A DNA stretch of 54,758 nt from Octopus bimaculoides (taxonomy: Eukaryota): NCBI RefSeq assembly GCF_001194135.2, contig NC_068982.1:151493187-151547944 (forward strand), read 5' to 3'. The notes below the pieces were generated by a model. It was not told the DNA's origin. It saw only the letters and a list, made by a program, of their open reading frames with translations, and searched no databases. The first letter of the stretch is position 1. Each line of letters begins with the position of its first letter. The position numbers and the translations under genes are program-made. Shown here piece by piece: positions 1 through 11,064 of this stretch.

Positions 1-32
<32 letters not shown>

Positions 33-454
33 TTAGAGTCATAACTCTTCTTTCTGTCCCATAAGGATAAATCCTACTCTTCCATTTCCTTTATGAATTC
101 TGTATATACTCCTTGTACTTATGAGTCTAGTGATATATAATTAAATAAATTTAATTAATTTAATTATTTCTATTCAACCACGAATTTGCTTGTTTTTCTT
201 TCCGCTGTTCGAAACGATCGTTTGCATGAATTAAAATTCTCTCATATTTGAACTTCTTCCCTTCTCCATGTTTAACAAATTTGTTTTCTTTTATGGGATT
301 CTTTTCCATAAATTCACAACACAACACATGCAAGTATTATTTTCATATTGGTATACTTACGCCAGTAAGCTACCAGCAAATATGAAGAAGCTATATTAGA
401 AATCTCTTTTGGAATCCTCCAAATTAAAGTACGAAATGTAATTCAACCTCTTTA

Positions 455-541
455 CACGCACACATACATGCATACATACATACATACATACATACATACA
501 TGCATACATATATATATATAAATATACATACATATATATAT

Positions 542-600
<59 letters not shown>
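455..600. repeat. compound microsatellite (ACAT)n/(TA)n/(CA)n running into an assembly gap
   Basis: Directly visible; abuts Ns at 601-948. Confidence 0.97.
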
Positions 601-1092
601 NNNNNNNNNNNNNNNNNNNNNNNNNNNNNNNNNNNNNNNNNNNNNNNNNNNNNNNNNNNNNNNNNNNNNNNNNNNNNNNNNNNNNNNNNNNNNNNNNNNN
701 NNNNNNNNNNNNNNNNNNNNNNNNNNNNNNNNNNNNNNNNNNNNNNNNNNNNNNNNNNNNNNNNNNNNNNNNNNNNNNNNNNNNNNNNNNNNNNNNNNNN
801 NNNNNNNNNNNNNNNNNNNNNNNNNNNNNNNNNNNNNNNNNNNNNNNNNNNNNNNNNNNNNNNNNNNNNNNNNNNNNNNNNNNNNNNNNNNNNNNNNNNN
901 NNNNNNNNNNNNNNNNNNNNNNNNNNNNNNNNNNNNNNNNNNNNNNNNGTATGTATGTATATACATACATACACACGCACACATATATATAGGAGTGTGA
1001 GGACAAATGCAAGACATTTGCACTGCATATATTTGGTTGGGGTTAGATTTATCAAAAATTATGACTCACTTCCGCTGAGCTTGTAATGTCCA

Positions 1093-1111
1093 TGTGTGTG
1101 TGTGTGTGTGC

Positions 1112-1158
<47 letters not shown>
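1093..1158. repeat. (TG)n microsatellite
   Basis: Directly visible. Confidence 0.97.
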
Positions 1159-1162
<4 letters not shown>

Positions 1163-2191
1163 CGCGTGGAACAGTAATTAGTGTGCGGCACTCATGTCCG
1201 TAAGATTTCGATTGTTTCGTTGGACGGGCTAAACACTTCATTTCATGTTGCTTCCATCCATTCAACTTATAGATATGTGTAGTCTTACGACGTACCGTGT
1301 TTCCGTCCAGAGAAGGAACATATAAACCTCAGAATACGTGTAACGTCCCTATGAGCCTATGGCACGGGAAGGATTTTTTAACCTTTCTTTTGAGAGATAC
1401 ATACATTATATATAAATATATATTTCTTACGGTATATATTTGTTCCTATTATATTGTAATAAATATATTTCGCACCAGAACTTGACTTGAGTACATGCAA
1501 TAGCACATATAATTTACCGTATCTATACGTGCGTGTGCGTGTGAGGTGCACGTGTCTTGTGTTCTAGCGTAAATATTTAAATACTCAATTTAAGATTGTT
1601 AAGATGAATCTAAAGTCTATCTGCCTGTTGCATGCCCTTGTAGATAACTATCTGGTGAAATACATAGGGTTTATATGTTAACTGTTTTCATATTTAACTG
1701 TGCTTGGCATTCACTGAGATATTGCTGTAATCTACTCAGTTAATTGCGCGAAATACTGGTATGGATTTATTTTCATGGTTGCCTATGCACATATATAAAC
1801 ATTCTCCTCCATCCTCATATATATTTACAAATACACAGATTAAGATTTATAATTCTTTTCATTCATTATTAATTTAGTCGCCTCTCACACCATACCGGTG
1901 TTAGGAAGTAAACAAAACAAAAAAATTTTAAATAAGCAACAGATTTAAATTGCCGTCAAAAGGTCGCATTATGATTACATTTAATGCTGGATTTAAGGAA
2001 TTTCCAGCAAGGAGTAAGGTAGGTCGGGGAAAGATATTCAGGTAACGTAAGTCGTTAGGTTGATAGGTATGCAGGTTATGAGAGAAACAACATAGGGTAT
2101 TTGAAAATTGTCTGTATTGCACCAGTTGTGTGATAACCAAATAATTCAATATTTTTTCAATTGCCTTATAACTTTCGGAAACAATCTCGGT

Positions 2192-2228
2192 TCTCTCTCT
2201 CTCTCTAACACACACACACATACACACA

Positions 2229-2298
<70 letters not shown>
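2192..2298. repeat. (TC)n(AC)n microsatellite running into a gap
   Basis: Directly visible; Ns at 2299-2450. Confidence 0.97.
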
Positions 2299-2539
2299 NN
2301 NNNNNNNNNNNNNNNNNNNNNNNNNNNNNNNNNNNNNNNNNNNNNNNNNNNNNNNNNNNNNNNNNNNNNNNNNNNNNNNNNNNNNNNNNNNNNNNNNNNN
2401 NNNNNNNNNNNNNNNNNNNNNNNNNNNNNNNNNNNNNNNNNNNNNNNNNNACCTACCCATCCTTCGAAATTGCTGGCCTTGTCCCAAACATCGCAACCGA
2501 TATATTTCATTTAATTATTATTATTATTATTATTTATTT

Positions 2540-2651
2540 TTAATTTTTTTATGCACCCTTTTAAAGCCTAGCCAGGCTCATAGGCCCGGTTTCCCAGTTT
2601 CTATGGCGTATGTGTTTCTCCCAGCTGGACGGGACGCCAGTTCATCGCAGC

Positions 2652-2652
<1 letters not shown>
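2540..2652 (-). mobile_element. short SINE-like 3' fragment between two (TTA)n tracts
   Basis: GC-richer 110-bp island (minus: ctgcgatgaactggcgtcccgtccagctggg...ctttaaaagggtgcat) followed by an A/(AAT)n tail. Resemblance to SINE central domains is from memory only. Confidence 0.4.
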
Positions 2653-2730
<78 letters not shown>

Positions 2731-2731
2731 C
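2653..2731. repeat. (TTA)n microsatellite at the 3' end of the RLE LINE
   Basis: About 26 TTA units, directly visible. Confidence 0.97.
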
Positions 2732-4250
2732 ATTGCCTTTGCACAGCTTCTAACGCTGGAGATGAACTACAGTAACAGCTGTTCACTACCAGTGAACTAA
2801 GGTAACACCTCTTATTTTTCGAGCACCTTCCGGAGTATTCGAGCGGTTCCAAGCAGTGCTGTTTTCTGCAACTGCTCCACGCTTATTGCAGCCCCTATTT
2901 GTTCCACGTACTTCTCGAGATTTTTGCTCGCTGTTCCCAGGGCTCCGATAATTATTGGTACTACTGCTACCTTTTTCATCGGCCACAACTGCTTAACCTC
3001 CCAAGCTAACCTGTCATATCTCTCAACTTTTCTTTCTTCCTTATCGCATACCTTGTTGTGAGCTGGGCATGCTATTTCTATGATCCAGCATAGTTTGTTT
3101 TCCTTCTCAATTAAGATATGTCCGGCTTCCCATTCTCTATCTTATGGTCGCATTGAATCATAAAATCCCATAGGAACTTTGCATTTCTATTTTCGACGAT
3201 GCCTTCAGGATTGTGGTCGTACCAATTTTTTGATCTGTCAAGTCCATACTTGTTGAAAAGTGTCCAATGGACAAGCCTGGCTATATTGTCGTGACGTGTC
3301 TTATATTGCTTCTAGGCTAGTGGTGTACATTGGCTGGTAATATGCCATACGGTTTCACCGTTTTGTCCACAGATTCTGCTCTTATCACTTTCTGCTGCGT
3401 TGTCTATTCTGTATTTTATGTAGTTTGTTCTTAGGGCTTGCACTTGAGCAGTACAGATTAGAGCCTCCGTTTCCGGTTTTAAATCACTTTCAGTCATCCA
3501 CAACCATCTTTTTCTCTGTCTTTCTTATCTTCAATATCCCTATGGAATTGACCATGCATTCTTTTCTTTACCCACCTATTTTCAGTTTCATTCGTTTTCA
3601 ATTTCTTGTATAGTGCTTTATCTTTGCAATCTTTCATCCTACACAAGCCTGACTTCTTCTAATAATAGCGGTTCTGTGGCATTCTTTACATACCATGCTA
3701 TGTTGTTTTCTTCTGCTCTGATGCCGTGTTCGCGTCCAATAAGTCCTCTTCCCCCTCTTTTTCTTGGTAATACAGTCTCTCTGTGTCACTTTTTGGGTGG
3801 AGTGACCCATATCTAGTTAGCAACTACTGTTTGTTTCAGTTCTTGCAACCATTCAGCATCCTTCTTGTGCTCCTTGTCTTTGCTCCAGATGTCACTCCAA
3901 AACCTTTGACTTTCAATGTTATCTGGTATCAACTTTTCATCTCTACACTCTCCATTTATTTATTTATAGAATCTCTTCTAATCTACTCTGAATTCTATTC
4001 TGGTGGTAACCCTTCATTCTTTGGTCGTATCTTATTATCTTTGCTTTCTTTGCAACGAGGTGTTCTTTCAGTTACTCCACTATTGCTTTCAGGACCTTTC
4101 TTTCAATATTATACTTCCTCTTCAGCGCCCTGTATTTTTGTTCGCTTTCAAGTTCCCCTTTCTGTTTTCGGTCTAACACAGAGATTTCTTTCGAGAGCAT
4201 GTCTAACTCTATCTTGATTCTTCTTTTCCACCATGGATCTTTTCTTTTGC
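2732..4250 (-). mobile_element. R4/Dong-like non-LTR retrotransposon (RLE clade), frameshifted, RT core deleted
   Basis: Minus-strand translation gives, in order: PWWKRRI, FWSDIWSKDKEHKKDAEWLQELK, LLTRYGSLHPKSDTERLY, PRKRGGRGLIG, LKPETEALICTAQVQALRTN, RICGQNGETVWHITSQC (zinc knuckle), LWDFMIQCDHKIENGKPD, CWIIEIACPA (RLE endonuclease), VVPIIIGALGT, LQKTALLGTARILRKVLEK*. Then an ~80-nt 3' UTR and (AAT)n. Confidence 0.9.
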
Positions 4251-4740
4251 TCTAAACTTATTAATTATGGTAGTGATGATGCACGGATTATAGCAAAATC
4301 GCGAAATTTCAGTGGTCAAATTTACATGTCTTTTAAATTTCCTAAACTGCTTTAAGGCAATAATCGGCAAGTGTACTGATAGCTAAACCCTGGCACAAGG
4401 TCACACGTTTGAAGAGGGTATAGTCGATTTAAATGACTCCTGTATTTGACTCTGGTAGTATCGGATAAATAGAAATACAGGCGATAATTAAAAATCTCGA
4501 ATGTGATGCTTTCGCTTGGCTGCCGTCCTGATACCGAAAACAGTAAAAATATAAAAAAGAAGTGTGTTTGTTTCGTTGGTGGTTGTGGTATTATTTCTGT
4601 CCCAAAAGATGGTTGTCTTTAGTCTCTAGCCACTAGCAGGTATCTACGTGAAGTTAAATATTACTGTGTGGTTAGACACAGTTGATGTACTACCATCACT
4701 TTTATTACAAACTACCTGCATAAATTTCTAGATAGAGAAC

Positions 4741-5133
4741 GGGGAGACCCCCCACTTCGGTAATGAATGACCATGGGATTGCACCTAGAAAGTTACCCTC
4801 CGAGACACAAGTCCGGGCAAGGTTGTTTGTGGAAGTCCAGCAGTCACCCATGAATACAAGCTTCCCCTCTCCACACCGCTGATGTTATCCATGGGAAAGG
4901 CAAAGGCTGATACGGCTTGGCACCAGTGATGTCGCAATTCATTTCTACAGCTGAGTTAACTGGAGCAACGTGAAATAAAGTATCTTGCTCAAAAACACAA
5001 CACGCAGCCCGGTCCGGGANNNNNNNNNNAGTATCTTGCTCAAAAACACAACACGCTGCCCGGTCCGGGAATCGAACTCAGAACCTCACGATCATAAGCT
5101 CGACGCTCTAATCACTGAGCCATGCGCCTTCAC
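4741..5133 (-). mobile_element. tRNA-derived SINE with probable RTE-like 3' tail
   Basis: Minus-strand head gtgaaggcgcatggctcagtgattagagcgtcgag...gagttcgattcccgg has Pol III A-box (TGGCTCAGTG) and B-box (GTTCGATTCC). RTE origin of the tail is inference. Interrupted by a 10-N gap with a duplicated flank. Confidence 0.82.
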
Positions 5134-5699
5134 TAAATAGAGAGCAATGAATGTATAATTATATAGATGAGTCCTTTATATTCTATGTGTATGTATATTA
5201 AGGTATAATAGATAATTATGTATTACTATAAAGTTAAATTAATCTATATGCGGCATATTTTTATGCATGCATTATATCTGGTACAGGAAAATACTTGTTC
5301 TACTTCTCTTTACAAAGTTTCAACGAGTACTTGTTTCACTAGGCTGGAATTCTAAATTAAATTTATTTACTTTTTTTTTTTTAATCTTTGAGTGACTTTT
5401 CTATTAATTAGTGAAGTTATCTTAATTTCGTTCTCGTGCTCTTTACTTTTCTTTTTCGAGTAATATGAACTGTAAGAGGACTCTCTGCATTCGCAGTAGC
5501 CTAAAAATGGATGATTATAAACCGCTGGATCGTAATCAAACTGCTCAGCTATCATATTATGTTACTAGTATTGATTTATATGCTGAATTATAAATTGCAA
5601 TGATTTTTTAAAATTCCTAATCTTCTCTAATATCTAAGTTATTGAAATTCAGTATTGACAGATGTGCGTTTGTCAATTACCCAAAAAACACTATATATC

Positions 5700-6009
5700 T
5701 ATGTGTGAGTGTATGTGTGTGCGTGTGTATGTGCGTGCGTGTGTATGTGTGTGCATAGATTCATACATGCATACATGTGTGTGTGTGTGTTTATGATCGA
5801 ATTTGTAATGTATATATTTATATATATGTATGTATATATATTTATATATATATATATCTATATACATGTATACATATATATATATATATATATATACATA
5901 AATATGTATATATATATGTGTATATATATGTATATATAAGTGTATATATAAATATATATATATATACATATATATATACATACGCACACACACACACACA
6001 CACACACAC
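5700..6009. repeat. compound (TG)-(TA)-(CA) microsatellite
   Basis: Directly visible; ends at gap 6010-6019. Confidence 0.95.
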
Positions 6010-6825
6010 NNNNNNNNNNATTAATTCTTCTCTACGTTATATAAATACATCTAAAATAGACATTTCAAAATAAAATTACGCTCTACCTCCCCCATATATA
6101 TTGAAATAGTTTGATGTTGAGTTTGGAACATAGTCGTGTGACAGGTACATGTTTTTCAAGAAACTTTTACGTAACTTTGACCCGGTTATAATAGAGGTTG
6201 CTAATATAATATCTGAATAATTTTTGTTGTTTAAAAATCAATATTCTTTTCTCTGTTGGATTCCGAGTCAATTTTTCACACAGTAATGCCTAATTTGATA
6301 ATTTTCAGAATATGAAGAACATTTTGAGTTTTTAATTTAGTTGAGTTTCGTTAATTTCGTGGCATGTGCCATTTTCCCATGATCCTCTTTCATTTTTCCA
6401 AAATATCTTAAATTTCTGTTGAATCTCTGATCTTTCTGATATCTAAGGTCGGGTTTCAATGTATATAAGTCTGTTTTCAAATGTAATTCCAGAGAATTGA
6501 AAAACCACATTTATTACAGTTTACTCATTTTGCCCCACGTAAATTTGGATTTTATTTTCTCAAATAAAACGGTAACAAGTTTTCAGAAATGGTGTTCAGA
6601 GGATGTTATGTTTTTTAATACATCTAGAGATCATTTGCTTAGCTGATATAGATTTGTTTGTTAGGTTGTGAACATTTGTAAAAAATATATTTTTCTCAAG
6701 GTTAAAAATGAAGTCAAAATTCCTCATTGTGCCCCTCTCCACCTTATATAAACTTAATTTTGTCCGAGTAAGTCTCATGCTACCCTTAGTTTCCCCTGTA
6801 GTTTCACAGGATCTCCAGGAACGTT

Positions 6826-6861
<36 letters not shown>

Positions 6862-7261
6862 CTTTCACAANNNNNNNNNNNNNNNNNNNNNNNNNNNNNN
6901 NNNNNNNNNNNNNNNNNNNNNNNNNNNNNNNNNNNNNNNNNNNNNNNNNNNNNNNNNNNNNNNNNNNNNNNNNNNNNNNNNNNNNNNNNNNNNNNNNNNN
7001 NNNNNNNNNNNNNNNNNNNNNNNNNNNNNNNNNNNNNNNNNNNNNNNNNNNNNNNNNNNNNNNNNNNNNNNNNNNNNNNNNNNNNNNNNNNNNNNNNNNN
7101 NNNNNNNNNNNNNNNNNNNNNNNNNNNNNNNNNNNNNNNNNNNNNNNNNNNNNNNNNNNNNNNNNNNNNNNNNNNNNNNNNNNNNNNNNNNNNNNNNNNN
7201 NNNNNNNNNNNTCACACACACACACACATATATATATATGTATATTTCCTGGTACATATTA

Positions 7262-7385
7262 GCCTTCAACCAATTCAATCGGACTGGTACTACAGTGAAG
7301 AATACCTGTCCAAGTTGCACACAATAGAACTGAACTCGAAACCACGTGGTAATAATGTGCGTTTGTTAACCACGTAGCCATGTCT
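7262..7385 (-). mobile_element. SINE family B fragment (tRNA-like head)
   Basis: Minus strand reads atggctacgtggttaac...ccacgtggtttcgagttcagttc..., similar to 28640-28790. Confidence 0.5.
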
Positions 7386-8281
7386 ACGCATCTATCTACC
7401 TGTCTTTCATGTGTGTTGTACGCAACATAGTGAGGTACTGTTTATTTTGTATAAAACACAGAATTGCTCTGCTATTCTGTTATCAAAATCCACGCTTGTA
7501 TCCTGGAATTTTAACACAGCGGTCTTCGCTGAACTCTGTTAGCATCTGATGCAAAAGACAAGATGGTGGCGTATCATGTGACATATTACGTCACCGGTGT
7601 TCTGTATATTGCTTAGAATGAACAAAAAGACAGTGCTAAAACCTCTTTATGATCTAATTGATGTACCGGTGATACACATCATATGACAAGCTCCGATAAT
7701 ACTTTTGCTTCAACACGACAGAGAGTCAGCTGAATATCGCTGTCTCCAAATTTTTGGGTATTCCCGTGGCACACTATAGTATACAAGTATTATATAAATG
7801 CGTGTGTGAAATGTGCCAACCAAAAATAATGGTAAAACATAACGATCCAAATGTAATGTAAATAAGCTACGCACATATGATTAGTATGGTCTATATCGAT
7901 AAAATATGAGATACTGTCCCATATTGTAAAGCAATTGCTTTACAAGAAAGATCTGTCTGTTTATGTGATATCGTGTATAAAGTACTGCGCTGAATACAAT
8001 GAGTAAAACAGTATAAGGCATAATATATAGGTGGGGTGGTTTTCAACAGTGTAATCAATATATTATTGATTAACCATTACAAACTTTGATAAGTTTGTCA
8101 GAAGCGTATTGTTGGTAGTACCCATGACATTTGAAAGCCAAAAGCTGCATTAAATATATACCTGGAGAGGTATATTTGGATCTAACCGGAATGCCTACCA
8201 TGACTTTGATACTATTAGATAAATACTATGATTTACTGTTCAGAGGATACTGTGGCCAGAGTTGTATGAAAAATATACTCG

Positions 8282-8468
8282 AAATATTGGTTTCAAATTC
8301 TGGCACAAGATCAACAGTTTTGTGGGAGAGGGTAAGTCGATTACCTCGACTCCAGTGTTCAAATGCTACTTATTTCATCGACCCCGAAAGAATGAAAGAC
8401 AAAGTTGAGTCCCGGCAGCATTTGAAATCGGAATAAATGCCGCTAAACATTTTGTCCGGCGCGGTAAC
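8282..8468 (-). mobile_element. SINE family A copy (diverged)
   Basis: Reverse complement shares ccggacaaaatgtttagcggcattt, ctttcattctttcggggtcgatgaaataag and ctggagtcgaggtaatcgactt with copies at 19847 and 35983. Confidence 0.72.
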
Positions 8469-8489
8469 AATAACATACTTTAAATAGTC

Positions 8490-9010
8490 TACGAGATAGT
8501 AAGATTAGAAATAATTTGATGCTGAATTTGTAGACAATAATTCATTGGAGTGGGTATGTATTAATTGAAATGATCTGTTGGGATGAGAGCTATGTATTGT
8601 ATGCAATAAAACAGATGAGATAAATGGTATCTGGGATAGTTAATGTGATGTACACTGTGTAGATAGCACAGGAAGCAGACTAAATTTTATCGAAATCAAT
8701 ATACAAAATATATCCAGTGAAATAGTTTTGAGGATGTTCACAGTAGTGGTTCGGAAAAGAAGATATACAAGTTGACGATAATTGTCACGAATAATCTATT
8801 GTTTGCAATTCTCCAGAAAATAATCAGTATTCGACGTAGGGTAATTAATATAGTGGAATAAATATTCAATATGTATTATTATAACAATATATAGTGTACA
8901 TTTCAGGGGAATTTTCTTTACTAATCGATTATAAAGAATATATTGTTAGTATTCAGTATTTCGGAGACTTGCTCAACGAAATAACCACAAACAGTTGCAT
9001 AGAAATATGA
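8490..9010 (-). pseudogene. possible decayed rhodopsin-class GPCR relic
   Basis: Minus-strand segments in different frames: YSTILITLRRILIIF (TM3-like), RLFVTIIVNLYIFFSEP (TM4-like), AIYTVYITLTIPDTIYLI (TM6-like), FSIKLFLILLSRRLF (TM7/helix 8-like). Many stops; AT-rich DNA favours hydrophobic codons, so support is weak. Confidence 0.25.
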
Positions 9011-9694
9011 TGATATGTTCAATACACTGGAAGTAGTATATAAGATGGGCTATTGTAAATAATATGTTATAAAATATGCTGATGAATATATATTTGAAGG
9101 GATTTTCTGTTAATAATTACGTTGCATTTACAATATAAGTCATATTCGTTATCATACAAGAGAGAATATCATACTGCACGCACTTTGCAGAGATAAGCTC
9201 ATTGGGATAACACGATATGGTAGATCTTTTTATTCTAGTATAAATACCTCTTTTCATTATTTCCGTTCTATACTGTATTGCACATCAGGTCATCCTTGAA
9301 TAATTTCAGTAGCATATCAATTTTTCTATGAGATGTTACTAGTATCTCGGTGAAACCTTATCCATTTCCGGAAAAACGACATTTTGAATGGTCTTGACTC
9401 TTCCTACGGCGTAACATAGCCTGTTCCAAGAAAAAAATTTGGGCATAGAGAAACATCGATTTCATTACAAAACTAGTACTTTATTTATCGGTCCAGAAGA
9501 AAGAATAGTAAAGTCGACTCCTATATGTACATACTTGGACTTGTTCCTCAATCCAATGAAGATCGATGGTTGAAACGCTATTCCTGTTCTTATTTTGCCA
9601 TCTAAATTTTCACTGAGTGTTAATCTAATATATTCATTGTGTAAATCTAATTTATTTTTGTTTTTATTTTCCCTGTATTTAGTTCTTCGATTTG

Positions 9695-9745
<51 letters not shown>

Positions 9746-10582
9746 CAAAGAAAGAGGTTGTGAATCCAACCAATATCCAATATATTGCTGGTAGGATACC
9801 TAATTAATACACAAGTGTTGGTTATTGCGTGGCAATTACCGTACTGGGTAGAATAATTAGGCAAGGGTAATAAGTGGTTTTACTATGGTAAAATTTATAT
9901 GGAAGAAGAAAATGGTGTATTCCCGCAGTGGTTCGTATTTTCCTTGCATATAAATAAATGAATGAATGAACAAAAGAACACACATCGATATAGCTATACA
10001 TATACATAGATATATGTGTTTATATTTGAGGGCCTAAAATCATGGTTCCCATAATGGGGTGAAAGTTTATATCAATAGTTATAATAGCAGTTGGTACTAA
10101 ATTAGTAAATGCTTTAAATCTCCCATCATTTAACAAGATACTGTATTATCTTTCGTTATTTTTTACCTAACGCATGAAATATGTGTATATATATATGCGT
10201 ATATATATCTATATGTATATATGTATATATCTATATTTGTATATGTGTATATAAATGTATTTCTCCTTTTATGTGCATTTTCAGTTCTAAAAAAAGACGG
10301 TAACCCCCCCAAATTCCATTATTTTCTTCGATTATACTATTTCTCTTTCTCTTTTTATGCATGCTCTAATAAGAATATTGTACAACACCTACTAATAGCT
10401 AATTCTGTTATAAGTATATACATGCATATATACATGCATATGTGTATGAATATGTATATATGTAAGGGTGTGTATGTTCATATGTAAATGTATATATATA
10501 TTTATGTATATATATATTTGTATATGCATAAATTAGCCCTATGAACTCCTTGGACTATCTTATAAAAACTGTCTGACGAAGC

Positions 10583-10632
<50 letters not shown>

Positions 10633-11064
10633 NNNNNNNNNNTATATACATAAATTAACCCTATGAACTTCTTGGACTATCTTATAAAACTCTCTGACGA
10701 AGCCTAGAGGCATACCCAAGTACCCTAATTTTATCTACAGATTTACAATACACTGAAAAGATGGAAATAACATTTGGGGTACGGTGACCTCTTGACTGAA
10801 ACAGCTGTAAGAAAGTGGTCTTCTTTCTCTATTCTAGAAATTACTAATACTTTACACATGTATTTATATATTATCTGAACTATTTCAAATAAATAAATAA
10901 CACAATATGTCTAACAGATGATGAATACTACCTCTGGATTCTCTCCATTTTCTTTTTGCCATATATGTATATATATATATATATATATAATACAAAGAAT
11001 ATATATACATGTATACACACATATATGTACATACTTACATCTACATGTGTATATACATGCATAT

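Noticed and set aside
1928-2190. Open frames on both strands with several GT donor-like sites (plus RFKLPSKGRIMITFNAGFKEF; minus FSHNLHTYQPNDLRYLNIFPRP)
   Set aside because: No recognisable domain, strand undecidable, and the minus ORF starts in a microsatellite.
3613-4217. Plus-strand hydrophobic ORFs resembling a membrane protein
   Set aside because: Antisense shadow of the purine-rich R4/Dong-like ORF.
5093-5133. tRNA-like sequence with A and B boxes (also the heads at 19847, 26135, 35983)
   Set aside because: No complete cloverleaf; contiguous with SINE bodies, so these are SINE heads, not tRNA genes.
5367-5555. 62-aa minus ORF MIAEQFDYDPAVYNHPFLGYCECRESS...
   Set aside because: Short, stops immediately upstream, three alternative frames look equally plausible, no motif recognised.
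6100-6720. AT-rich segment with the look of a DNA-transposon interior
   Set aside because: No TIR, TSD or coding motif could be shown.
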